A stretch of 64,000 nucleotides of DNA from Squalus acanthias (taxonomy: Eukaryota), in NCBI GenBank assembly GCA_030390025.1, contig CM059432.1, positions 138,386,001 to 138,450,000 of the forward strand, read 5' to 3'. Below are positions 1-11,689 of this stretch, in pieces. Made by a program: the position numbers and the translations under genes. Below the pieces are notes generated by a model. It was not told the origin of the DNA. It made no database searches and saw nothing but the letters and a program-made list of their open reading frames with translations. Each line of letters opens with the position of its first letter. Within the stretch, counting starts at the first letter, position 1.

Positions 1-360
1 CCTTAGAAATGTAGTCACTGTTGTAATGTAGGAAATGCAGCAGCCAATTTGCGTACAGCAAGGTCCCACAAACAGCAATGTGATAACGACCAGATAATCT
101 GTTTTTTTTAGTGATGTTGGTTGAAGGATAATTATTGGCCATGACAACGAGGAAAACACTCCTGCTCTTCTTCAAAATAGTAGCCGTGGGATCTTTTACA
201 GAACAGACGGGGCCTCGGTTTAACGTCACATCTGAAAGAGGGCACCTCCGACAGTGCAGCGCTCCCTCAGTACTGCACTGGAGTGTCAGCCTAGATTTTG
301 TGCTCAAGTCTCTGGAGTGGGGCTTGAACCCACAACCTTCTGACTCAGAGGCGAGAGTGC
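1..360 (-). mobile_element. Deu-domain tRNA-derived SINE (SacSINE1/AmnSINE1-like)
   Basis: Reverse complement matches the full copies at 10322 and 26040 (box B-like GGTTCAAG, GGAGGTGCC...GATCCCA core, TGTGGGA..GCTG tail). Confidence 0.8.
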
Positions 361-834
361 TATGCAAGGTGGCCAATGTAAATGTGCTGACATGTAGGTG
401 GATGCGGCTCAATGTTGCATTACAATGCATCTTAACTACATTTCACTCTAAACCATTAACACAGAGGGAGAACGCACTGCACTTTGCCAACTATTCACAT
501 ACTTTCTGAATGCACCGACATACTAAATATTGTACCAGGACACTGTGTAATGTTGCCATGCCAACTTGTTCATAGGTGTCTCATTAAATGTGGCAAGCAA
601 CAAGCACCAAGTCCAAGGTTCATGAATGTACCGTGTTCACACACTCAAATGAGGTGGCTGGTGGCCTGGACATTTGGGTGGTGCACATCTTTTCATGCAT
701 TCCTCCTTCCATCCATCGTATGTCCCTTTTCTATCTGCTTGCACGCGAAGGCTGCACATAACAGGAGACAACGTATCCAACTGAGAAAGGCAGGGGATGG
801 CGTGAATGATGGGAGGTGTCTCTTGGGTTTAACT

Positions 835-1220
835 CGCATCCGTAACTCAAATCCCTCCATGGCCTCGCCCCCACCCCTCCCCATCTCTGTAACCTCCTCC
901 AGCCCTACAACCCTCCGAGATCTCGGCGCTCCTCCAATTCTGGCCACTTGCGAATCCCCAATTTTCATCGCTCCACCATTGGCGGCTGTGCCTTCAGCCG
1001 TCTAGGCCCTAAGCTCTGGAATTCCCTCCCTAAACCTCTCCGCCTCTCTCTCCTCCTTTAAGACGCTCCTTCAAACCTACTCCTTTGACCAAGCTTTCGG
1101 TCACCCCCACCCCTAATATCTCCTTATGTGGCGCGGTGTCAAATTTGTCTGATAACACTCCTGTGAAGCACCATGGAACGTTTTAGTACATTAAAGGGCG
1201 CTATTTATAAATGTAAGTTG
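835..1220 (+). mobile_element. L2-clade LINE 3' fragment
   Basis: CCTCCATGGCCTCGCCCC...CTCTGGAATTCCCTCCC block and GGCGCTAT..ATAAATG tail, repeated at 9752, 18165, 35970, 42150 and 46595. Confidence 0.75.
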
Positions 1221-2029
1221 CCCTTGTGGTTGCCTCTCGATTTACCTCGCTTTTTCTCTTACTCTTTCCTACCTTGGTGATGTCTGCACTGTGTGTCCTG
1301 ACCCCTCGCTTTGTGGTTTTTTTTCCATGGTTAAGAAGAGGTCCTTGGAGGAGGGTGGTCAATTGAGGAGTCGGGCAGGTTGGCTCCAAACCGGTCAGTC
1401 TGCAGGTCATTGTTAACGATGAACTGACTGGAACCAACAATAGCTCAAAAACAGCCGTCACTCTGAACCGCCGCAGTCTCCTACTGTCATGAACTTGTGA
1501 GTTTAAAAGGAATTAATGGATTACATTAAATAAAATAATAAAAAATGTCAGCCGACAGTGAGTAACTGCTGCTCTTTGATGTTTTATAATTCACTTCCAA
1601 CGTCTGGACATGAAGTCATACTTTTTTCAGAGGCCTGACCTAGAATAAAAACTGACTTCAATTAACCCTACATTTGTTTCAATAGTTGACTCAGTTAAGA
1701 CTTTACAGAATCTTTCAGCTCTATGCACAGTTCTAATAATGAAGCCAAATTAATTTCAAGTGGATTTCAGTCCACAAAATAAACTTTTCTCGTTATTAAA
1801 ATTTCTTTCTTCACTAATAGAAGCTGAGCTGGAATTTTCGCAGGGTCATTACCCAGGTGAGAGAGTGGGCGAGTGTGTGGGGCTTCCACTCATCCGAGAC
1901 GTACGTGGCCCTGATTTTAACTCCAGGTGGATTTCCCCGCTCAGGCCCGAGCTCAGATTACAGGCGGGTCTCGATGATGTCATCGGGCCGCAACATGCAT
2001 GTGTAAAGAAGGACCCTGTTGGCTCCGGG

Positions 2030-2383
2030 CACCTGTCCTTGCTGCCTGCCCACCTCATTGTCTTTGTTGTATTTTGCTATCGTCTTTGATGTAATGTCTT
2101 CCTGGCTGACCTGGTTGGATTTGATTGCCGTGATTGTCTCTCTGCCGAGGTGTGATAAAGGGCAGTTAGAAAGATTAACTGTAGTCGTCTGGCATTGTTC
2201 TCTGCACAGGCATTGTTCTCTGTCTATATATGCTGTGCCCATTTGTATTTCTTCACTTCACCTGACGAAGGAGCAGCGCTCCGAAAGCTTGTGATTTCAA
2301 ATAAAGCTGTTGTACTATAACCTGGTGTTGTGCGACTTCTCACTTTTGTCCACCCCAGTCCAACACCGCGCATCTCCGCATCA
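2030..2383 (+). mobile_element. Penelope-like element family A, 3' UTR/pseudo-LTR fragment
   Basis: Similar to 31400-31607 (downstream of the GIY-YIG stop) and to 9013-9149. Ends ...GTCCACCCCAGTCCAACACC. Confidence 0.7.
2258..2294 (+). ncRNA. Minimal type I hammerhead ribozyme motif
   Basis: TCAC-CTGACGA-A-GGAGC(AGC)GCTCC-GAAA-GC-TT-GTGA: conserved CUGANGA/GAAA core, stem I TCAC/GTGA, 5 bp stem II, palindromic AAGCTT stem III. Confidence 0.75.
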
Positions 2384-4097
2384 CCTGCTCAGGAGAGCAG
2401 GTTAAAATTGCAGATGTTGCCATCATGGCGGCTTTCGGACAGGTGAGAGCCAGGGGCGATTTTAACTGCCCACCCGCCGGGTTTCTGCTGAGCGATTAGG
2501 GTTAAAATCGCCCCGTGTGTCGACTCCACTGCGATTTATAGAGTCGGTGCGATTTGCAGATTTCCTCTCCACCTCTCTCTCCTCCTTCAAGACACACCTT
2601 AAATTGGCTTCGGTCAATTCTATTCATGTCCATTTTGATTGATACTTAAAACTCCTTTTACCTGTAAGACTTCCTACGGTTTTAAGTTAGCATCTGCGGA
2701 TTCCAAAGTAAAACAGTCAGAGCCCGAGGAGCAGTGAGAAAAAGCAATAAATCCTAGTAGTTAGTCGGCTAAACCTCTCACCCCATACATCAAACAGCTG
2801 AAATCCAGTCCCATTTTCCTCACAAAGTTAACTGTGATTTTTTTTTTTTATCTTACAGCAGCGGAAACTGCATTAAAATATTACAAGTAATTCAGTATGT
2901 AGAACGCTTTGAGGTGTTTCAGCAGGGCACTAAATAAATGATAACAAAATAATATTAAATGTGATTTTGATTATATTGGACGCTTTGTAGTGACCTCGAT
3001 TCTATGCAATCAGGCTCTTTAGCGGGTGAGAGGAAGGAAGGGCAGTTAACTTTAAACACGCTGACAGGTTTCAGAAACGACACAAGAGTTTGTTTAACAC
3101 AACCAGCACTGAGATCATTTTACAGAGGAGAGAGAGAGAGAGGTGAGGTGAGGGAAGGTGAGGTGGGGGAAGAAATCACACGGCAACAAATGTTCTTCGC
3201 AAAAAGGAAATACGTGTCAAACCCTCCACAATTCAGCCGTGTTTGACAGAATCAAAATATTACAGATGAAACAACTCTCTAATATGCGGAAAATAAAAAA
3301 ACAAACATGAAAAAGCCACCATACACTACTCCCAGAATGCTCATTTTTGTCTCCACGCTGTGAATGATGATTCAAAGTAGTCACAAATTCATGTTTTCAA
3401 AAATGCTATTGTATACTCCAGGGCTTTCATTATATTTTCTACTGGCAGGGGAAATTTCAAAGTGAGGAGAATATTTGTTTGATATGCAATTAACCCTCTT
3501 AGCACCAAATATTTGTACCTTTATTATTTTTTTTAAACTACCGCAGCTGTATTCTTTCGCCGTTAAAAAAACAGAGGTTGGTTTCCTCGACTCATTTTGC
3601 AAATACATGAGGATTGCTTCCTACACTTCCAAAGGGCTTCATTGGTCGACGAAGCGCTTTGGGACGTCCTGAGGTCTTTGAAAGGCGCGATAGAAATGCT
3701 CGTTCCTGCTTTTCCTGGGTAATTTGGGTTTCAAGGATTTTCACTCAAGAAATCTCTTCTTGCACCACAGTACATTAAAAATGTTAACAGAAGCTAACTC
3801 AGACCCAGCAAACATGCCAGGCCAGCTTTGGGGGGAAGCATCTCGGAGGGTCAAAAGGTCACTCAGCAGCTTCCAAAGAGCGCACAATCCCATATTACTT
3901 TTTTTAAAAGAATTTTCAACCTCGAAGATACAGAGTTTAAAAGAGGGCAATTGATCATTTATAAGCCGACTCTGAGGCAACGTAAAAGCGAGGGTGATCT
4001 AATATTATTTTTCCCACGCAAAAAAGGTAGAAATGTTGCTGTGTCTCTCTTCAGGAGTTACTAATGGACTTCAGAGGCAGCCCAGGCAGATGGAATG

Positions 4098-4314
4098 CAC
4101 GAAATAAAAAACAGAAAATTTCTGGAGATACTCTCAGCAGGTCAGGCAGCATCTGTGAAGAGAGAGAAACAAAGAGTTAACGTCGTCGACCTGAAACGTT
4201 GACTCTTTGTTTCTTTCTCTCTTCACAGATGCTGCCTGACCTGTTTGAGTGTCTCCAGCATTTTTCTGTTTTTATTTCAGATTTCCAGCATCTGCAGTAT
4301 TTTCTTTTTGCATT
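4098..4314. mobile_element. Fold-back insertion of family B hammerhead-associated (Penelope-like) 3' end
   Basis: Inverted arm about 4101-4182, then forward copy 4183-4310. AGATGGAATG is duplicated at 4088-4097 and 4315-4324. Confidence 0.7.
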
Positions 4315-4599
4315 AGATGGAATGATGCACCCGCCGACCCTCCTGTACAGCTGTCGAGGGTCCTGAATGAGAAGGGTTCCGGGGGTTGCCATAAATGCAA
4401 TTCCCAATTGAACGTAACTCCGCAGCACAAACCCGCGCTTAATTCTGCTCGACTGGATCGGCACTGATTGGGGCAAGCGTGCTCCAGGAGGCCGCCAGCA
4501 GGATAAGTTGTGTCGGGGCTAGAAATGGGCGCACTCGCTGGCGCGGCGATGAGGGCCTCTTCTGAGGCTGAAGCGGCAAGAAAATTTGACGCCGTCAGG

Positions 4600-5235
4600 A
4601 GAATTTAAAGAATGGAGCCGCACGAGTACAAAAAGCAAGGAAGTTATTGCTAAACCTTTCGAAATCACCGGTGAGGCCTCGGCTGGAGTATTAGTGTCCA
4701 ATTCTGGGCACCGCACTTTAGGAAGGATGTCAAGGCCTTGGAGAGGGTGCAGAGGAGATTCACTAGAAGGGGACCAGGGATGAGGGACTTCAGTTATGTG
4801 GAGAGACCGGAGAAGCTGGGATCGTTCTCCTTAGAACAGAGAAGGTTATGAGACGATTTAATAGAGGCGTTCAAAATCATGGTTTTGATAGAGTAACTAA
4901 AAAGAAACTGTTTCCAGAGGTGGAAGAGTCGGTAACCAGAGGACACAGATTTAAGGTAATTGGCAAAAAGAGCCCGAGGGGGAGATGAGGAGAATTTTTT
5001 TTTACGCAGCGGGTTGTTATGATCTGGAACGCGCTGCCTGAAAGGGCGGTGGAAGCAGATTCAATAGTAACTTTCAAAAGGGACTTGGATAAACACTTGA
5101 AGGGGAGAAAATTGCAGGGCTATGGGGAAAGAGCAGGGGGCAGTGGGACTGATTGGATAGCTCTTTCAAAGAGCCGGCACAGGCACGATGCGCCGAATGA
5201 CCTCCTTCTGTGATGTAAGAGTCAATGATTCTATA
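4600..5235 (+). mobile_element. CR1 LINE 3' fragment
   Basis: Decayed ORF2 C-terminus (WNALPERAVEADSIVTFKRDLDKHL) and CR1 3' UTR. Confidence 0.85.
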
Positions 5236-5949
5236 ATAAAATGTTCGATTCCCAGTAAAGGTAACCCTCCGCTTAATTAGCACAAAATACAATCCCTACC
5301 CCCTCAAAAAAAACAACTGGACAATAATTGTAAAATCCAATTGTTTCGTGTTGTTTCACTCATATTCGTTTCTTCCTTATAAATGTAGGGGCAATGACGT
5401 AAAAACAAATTTACTCAAATACCAACCATGTAAGACAGGAGGGCAATTTGTAATTCACATTTAATGGTACATTCTTTTCTACAATTTGCTTTGTTATTTG
5501 CCTTATTTTTCTTTTTCGCTTTTTTTTTATCCTCCTCACTTTAAGTATAAATCAAAATAGACATAAGTCGAATTGCCCTGACACAAAGGATTGTGGAATT
5601 GATACAGGAGTGCATGTATTCTGCGTAACATTTCTCAAGCTCTCGGATTTTGGCAATTCAATTCAAAACAAGAACCGTGAAGCCTCATGGTTTATGTACG
5701 GCAGATGTGTGGATCAAATCACATCTCACGAATTGCTGGTCGAGCACAAAGCAGAGATCAACCTCTGTGACTGCCCTGGATTAATCCCAAATGCACTGTG
5801 CTAAACATGCACCGCTGATTGTGAACTGATCACAGTTCAGAGATTGAGGACGCAAAGTCTTGAGAGTTTCAACTTCCACCTGGATTCGGCCTTGCGACTT
5901 TGCCAGTGACACTTTCTCTTAAAAGCCCAATTGCGCAAGAATATAAGGA

Positions 5950-6525
5950 TTATAGGAATATAGGAACAGGAGGAGGCCATTCAGCTCTCGAGCCTGTTCC
6001 ACCATTCAATTAGATCATGGCTGATCTGTATCTTGACTCCATCTACCCGCCTTGGTTCCGTAACCCTTAATACCCTTGCCTAACAAAAATCTATCAATCT
6101 CGGTTTTAACATTTTCAACTGACCCCCAGCTTCAACAGCTTTCTGGGGGGGAGAGTACAAGATTTCCACTACCCTTTGTGTGAAGAAGTGCTTCCTGACA
6201 TTACCCTGAACAGCCTAGCTCTAATTTTAAGGTTATGCCCCCTTGTTCTTGACTCTCCCACCAGAGGAAGTAGTTTCTCTCTGTCTACCCTATCGAATAC
6301 TTTAATCATCTTAATCACCTCAATTAGATCACCCTTAATCTTCCATACTCAAGCCTAGTCTATGAAACCCGTCCTCATAATATAACCCTTATAGCCCCTG
6401 AATCATTCTGATGAGTCTGCGCTGTACCCCTTCCAAGGCCAAGATATCCTACCTGAGGTGTGGTTCCCGGATACTCTAAATGGGGTCTAACCAGAGCTCT
6501 GTACAGCTGTAACATAAATTCCACT
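5950..6525 (-). mobile_element. CR1 LINE 3' fragment
   Basis: Same sequence family as 14428-15440 and 44225-44600. Has a (TTCCTATA)n-type tail. Confidence 0.85.
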
Positions 6526-7314
6526 TGCTTGCTTCAGTGATGTCTTTTTGTTTCCCAACCAGGCGTGTCCATTATATCCTCCCTCAGACAGGAAGTCTTC
6601 TCAGAGGTGCCTGGACAACAGTCATTGTAAAAAGAAAAGCCGCTATCGCTACCATTATCGACCAGCCATTAACGCTCATGGTTCCAGCAGTCCTTGCTGT
6701 ACCTGCATTCATAAACACAGGCCGGGAGGTTCCTCAGAGCTGCTCCTCGTTCTACCGGCGTTGCTTCACCAGGAAGCCTACACCGGCTTCTGCCGCGCAT
6801 CTGAACAAATGACGGCAGCGGAGAGAGGAGCAACCCCCAAGGAATTTCCCCGGCCATGGTGCCTTGCCGTGTAGTAACCGCCTTATGTTGGCAAAGTAGC
6901 CCTGGTGATTTTTTCCCCTCGCTAAAACATAAGGAAGTATGGAGCAAATAAACGTAATTAATTGGCCCACCAATCCTCCTTTAATTGAACTACCTATCAT
7001 GGACAGTATCCCAGTTCATAGAATCACAGAATAGTACAGCATGGAAGGAGGCCATTCGGCCCATCGAGTCTGCGCCGGCTCTTTCAAAGAGCAATCCAGT
7101 TAGTCCCACTCCCCCGCTCTTTATTTAATTTCTTGATGAAAAGTTCTGCAGAATTTCTCACTTGACTCGCTGGAAACAAGGAAAAACTCCAAAATCATCG
7201 TAATGGTCACCCGTTATTGAAGCCCAGCTATTCACTTTTCAAAACTGACATCCCGTGGTCCCGGCAGCATTGATAATATACCATAAATATTTCATTTTCT
7301 CTGTCTATCTCCGA

Positions 7315-7680
7315 GTAGCAGTGCTGAGGGAGTGCCGCACTGTTGGAGGTGCCGCCTTACGGATGAGGCGTTAAACCGAGGTCCCGTCTGCCCTCTCAGG
7401 TGGACATAAAAGATCCCAGGGCACTATTTCAAAGAAAAGCAGGGGGAGTTCTCCCTGGTGTCCTGGGGCCAATATTTATCCCTCAACCAACATCACTAAA
7501 ACAGATTATCTGGTCATCATCACATTGCTGTTTGTGGGAGCTTGCTGTGCGCAAATTGGCTGCCGCGTTCCCCACATTACAACAGTGACTACGCTGCAAA
7601 AGTACTTCATTGGCTGTAAAACACTTTGGGACGTACTGAGGTCATGAAAGGTCCTGTATAAATGCAAGTCCTTCCTTTCT
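7315..7680 (+). mobile_element. Deu-domain SINE, 5'-truncated
   Basis: GGAGGTGCC..GATGAGGCGTTAAACCGAGG core through the L2-type tail. Confidence 0.8.
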
Positions 7681-8967
7681 ATATTTACCACTATGGGCTT
7701 CAAACCCATTCTCAATCCCTTTCTGAAGGAATTAATCAACACAGCATCAATTGGATTAGCTGACAGTCTGTTCCATAGATCGACTACGCTGTGGGAAAAA
7801 TAAATTTCTTTGCATTTATAGTCTTGCTGCAGGCTAATTAATTTTTTACTAGTACCCTAAAGTTCTATACTCATAGTCCCAATTAAAAAGGATGTTGACA
7901 TCTATATTCTCAACGCTACTCAGTACTGTAAAGATGGGCAGCCGTGCTTCTTTACAAATTTAGAATTCTCACCCTTGTGTTCCAATCCCTCCACGGCCTC
8001 GCCCGCTCCCTATCTCTGTAATCTCCTCCAGCCCCACAACCCTCCGAGATCTCTGCGCTCCTCCAACTCTGGCCTCTTGCGCAATGCCGATTTTCATCGC
8101 TCCACCATTGGACTGGAGAATTGCAAATGTTACACCCAGCAACTGCAGGCCAGTCAGTTTAACCTCGGTGGTGGGGAAGCTTTTAGAAACGATGATCAGG
8201 GACAAAATTAACAGTCACTTGGACAAGTGTGGATTAATTAAGGAAAGCCAGCACGGATTTGTTAAAGGCAAATCGTGTTTAACTAACTTCATTGAGTTTT
8301 TTGATGAGGTAACTGAGAGGGTTGATGAGGGCAATGCGGTTGATGTGGTGTACATGGATTTCCAAAAAGCATTTGATAAAGTGCCACATAATAGGCTTGT
8401 CAGCAAAGTTGAAGCCCATGAAATAAAAGGGACAGTGGCAGCATGGATATGAAATTGGCTAAGTGACAGGAAACAGAGAGTAGTGGTGAACGGTTGTTTA
8501 TTGGAGTGGAGGAAGGTATACAGTGGTGTTCCCCAGGGGTCGGTACTAGGACCACAGCTTTTCTTGACATATATTAAAGATTAGACTTGGGTGTATAGGG
8601 CACAATCTCAAAATTTGCAGATGACACAAAACTTGGAAGTATAGTGAACAGTGAGGAGGATAGTGATAGACTTCAAGAGGACATAGACAGGCTGGTGGAA
8701 TGGGCGGACACGTGGCAGATGAAATTTAATGCAGAAAAGTGTGAAGTCATACATTTTGGTAGGAAGAACGAGGAGAGGCAATATAAACTAAAGGGTACAA
8801 TTCTAAAGAGGGCGCATGAACAGAGAGACCTGGGGGTATATGTGCACAAATCGTTGAAGGTGGCAGGACAGGTTGAGAAAATGGTTAAAAAAGCATACGG
8901 GATCCTGGGCTTCATAAATAGAGAGGTCGCACAACACCAGGTTATAGTCCAACAGTTTTATTTGAAA

Positions 8968-9009
8968 TCACAAGCTTTCGGAGCTATCGATCGCCCCTTC
9001 CTCAGGTGA
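8968..9009 (-). ncRNA. Minimal hammerhead ribozyme motif (minus-strand arm of the palindrome)
   Basis: Exact reverse complement of 9016-9057. Confidence 0.7.
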
Positions 9010-9015
9010 AGTACT

Positions 9016-9057
9016 TCACCTGAGGAAGGGGCGATCGATAGCTCCGAAAGCTTGTGA
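9016..9057 (+). ncRNA. Minimal hammerhead ribozyme motif
   Basis: TCAC-CTGAGGA-A-GGGGC(GATCGATA)GCTCC-GAAA-GC-TT-GTGA. Confidence 0.75.
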
Positions 9058-10321
9058 TTTCAAATAAAACTGTTGGACTATAACCTGGTGTTGTGCGACC
9101 TCTCAATTTTGTCCACCCCAGTCCAACACCGGCATCTCCGCATCATGACCTTCATAAATAGAGGCATAGAGTACAAAAGCAAGGAAGTTATGATGAGCCT
9201 TTATAAAACACTGCTTCGGCCTCAACTGGAGTATTGTGTCCAATTCTGGACACCGCACTTTAGGAAGGATGTGAAGGCCTTAGAGAGGGTGCAGAAAAGA
9301 TTTACAAGAATGGTTCGAGAGATGAGGGACTTCAGTTACGTGGATAGACTGGAGAAGCTAGTGTTGTTCTCCTTAGAGCAGAGAAGGTTGAGAGGAGATT
9401 TGATAGAGGTGTTCAAAATCATGAAGGGTCTGGACAGAGTAGGTAGAGAGAAACTGTTCCCATTGGCGGAAGGGTCGAGAGCCAGTGGACACAGATTTAA
9501 GGTGCTTGGCAAAGGAACCAAAGGCGACATGAGGAAAAAAAATGTTACGCAGCGAGTGGTTAGGATCTGGAATGCAATTGTGGCTTTCAAAAGGGAATTG
9601 GATAAGTACCTGAAAGAAAAAAATTTGCAGGGCTACGGAGAAAGGACGGGGGACTGGGACTAGCAGAAGTGCTCTTGCAGAGAGGCGGCACGGGCTCGAC
9701 AGGCCGAATGGCCTTCTGTGTTGTAACCATTCTATGATTCTATTCTATGATTGCCGGCCGTGCCTTCAGCTGCCAAGGCCCCAAGCTCTTGAATTCCCGC
9801 CCTAAACCTCTCCGCCTCTCTCTCCTCTTTGAACCTACCTCTTTGGCCAACCTTTTGATCACCTGTCCTAATGTCTCGTTATGTGGCTCGGTGTCAAATT
9901 TTTGTTTGATAACGCTCCTGTGAAGCACCTTGGGACCTTTTACTACGTTAGAGGCGCTATATAAATGCAAGTTGTTGTTGCTTCTCCACTGAGACAAGCT
10001 GTTACTAGTGACCAGGAGCTCCAGTTCCAGCTGATGGCATTCTGGCTGGAAGCCAAGCACACCACAGTTTTAACCACTCACTTTCTAATGGCATATATAC
10101 TTTTTAATTGGATTATAACCAATATTGTGGGCATAATTATTAAAGAAAAAGCATCACTTTTGATTCTTTGCTATGTGTTTTCAAGGTCAATTGGTTTTCT
10201 TTTAAGCCTGCACAAATGTTCTTTAGTAGTAGTTGATTATATTAGTTCCCTCCTTCTGCCCGGCACGGACTGGTTGGGTCAAATGGCCTGTTTCTGTGCT
10301 GCATATTCTATGCCCTTAGGA

Positions 10322-10795
10322 CAGTGTCAGCTGTGGCTCAGTGGGTAGCACTCTCTTGCATCTGAGTCAGTAGGTTGTGGGTTCATAGTCCCACTCCAGA
10401 GACTTCTGCACAAAATCCAGGCTGACGCTCCCAGTGCGGTGCTGAAGGAGCGCTGCACTGTCGGAGGTGTCGTCTTTTGGATAAGAAGTTAAACCAAGGC
10501 CCTGTCAGCCCTCTCACGGTGGACATAAAAGATCCAATGGCACTACTTCAAGGAAGAGCAGGGGAGTTCTCCCCAGTGTCCTTGGGCCAACATTTATCCC
10601 TCAACCAGCAGATTAAAATTAAAACAGACTATCTGGTCATTATCACATTGCTTTTTTGTGGGATCTTGCTGTGTGCAAATTGGCTGCTGCATTTCCTACA
10701 TTTAAACAGTGACTACACTTCAAAAGTATTTCATTGACTGTAAAGCGCTTTGGGACATCTCGAGGTTGTGAAAGGCGCTATAGAAATGCAAGTGG
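10322..10795 (+). mobile_element. Deu-domain SINE, full length
   Basis: Box A-like TGGCTCAGTGGG, box B-like GGTTCA.AGTCCC, Deu core, and tail GGCGCTATAGAAATGCAAGT. Confidence 0.85.
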
Positions 10796-11689
10796 TTTTT
10801 TTTCTCGCATTCTTTGAACTCTTGTATACTGAGCTTGGTAAAAATATGTATTGTTGTGGCCTGCTGTTCAGGCTTAGTCCTGATGGACGGGGCCTAGTCA
10901 TCCCCAAGACAGGAGGAAAGATAAAGTAAACAGCTTTTCCCAATTAATCCCCAGTGCTTTGAAAGAAAAGTACCACCAACACAATCCTGCTCTAAATATT
11001 ACTCTAATGACTATGACCGTTAATACCGAGAGCACCTCTGTGGAAATCTTCTAGATGTACGCTGCAAAGAATAAACACGCCAGGGATAAAAAGAAAATGT
11101 GCGAATGCTGAAACCCGTTTCCCTTGTTGTTTTAGATTTTTAGCTCTAATTTACTGCCACTTCTCTTCCAACTTTCCAGCCTTGAAAACATTCCCTGTTT
11201 ATTTCCCCTTCATAATTTCTGTTTGTCCCTTTTGCTTTGCTCACTCTCAATGTAATCCCCTTTCCATCCTGTTTGTAGAAAAGAAGTTAGTTCATTTGCA
11301 CTCTCAACCCCTTGTGTTCTTCCCTCCTCCTCTCCCCACTTTGTCTGTCTGTTTGTAAAGGACTTTGTTCAGCAATGTCAGAGCTTTCCAATCCCACATT
11401 ATTTTTCTCTAATATATTCGACAGGTGATTCTGCTGCACTTATGCACTAGTGTGTTACGTCACTGACTTGTAAGACAGGGTTTCATAGAAATTACAGCAC
11501 AGAAACGGGCCATTCGGCCCAACTGGTCTATGCTGGTGTTTATGCTCCACACGAGCTTTCTTGCACCTTACTTCAGCTCACCATATCGACAACTAGAGAT
11601 TAATTGATTAATCTTAAAAGATGCACAGGTGAACTAATGTTTAAAAAAATGTAACAGAAATTTGCACGTGACCCCTGAAGTGTGACAGC

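Larger units (their letters stand above)
1908..2514. mobile_element. GC-rich non-autonomous TIR element (Harbinger-type MITE) with a nested Penelope-like fragment
   Basis: Ends GCCCTGATTTTAAC / GTTAAAATCGCCCC, with GTG on both flanks as a possible 3 bp TSD. An internal perfect inverted repeat spans 2453-2466 / 2501-2514. Confidence 0.5.
8924..9149. mobile_element. Penelope-like family A fold-back insertion (perfect palindrome plus 3' tail) inside CR1
   Basis: 14 bp TSD CTTCATAAATAGAG at 8910-8923 and 9150-9163. Removing the insert restores CR1 GILGFINRGIEYK. 8921-9104 is a perfect palindrome. Confidence 0.9.
8111..9749 (+). mobile_element. 5'-truncated CR1 LINE, RT pseudogene
   Basis: RT motifs RPVSLTSVVGK, QHGF, YMDFQKAFDKVPH, FADDTK and [11 protein letters not shown], with stops and frameshifts. 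CTATGATT tail. Confidence 0.92.
7955..9980 (+). mobile_element. L2 3' fragment split by a CR1 insertion (L2 parts about 7955-8110 and 9750-9980)
   Basis: L2 sequence CTCCACCATTG at 8100 resumes as ATTGCCGGCCGTGCCTTCAGC at 9750. Confidence 0.75.

Noticed and set aside
1201..1490. Possible minus-strand exon ending at AAG|GTAGG near 1272
   Set aside because: No recognisable peptide and no clear acceptor.
6525..6950. Overlapping ORFs in unique sequence with a plus-strand acceptor-like site
   Set aside because: No recognisable domain and no matching donor or consistent frame.
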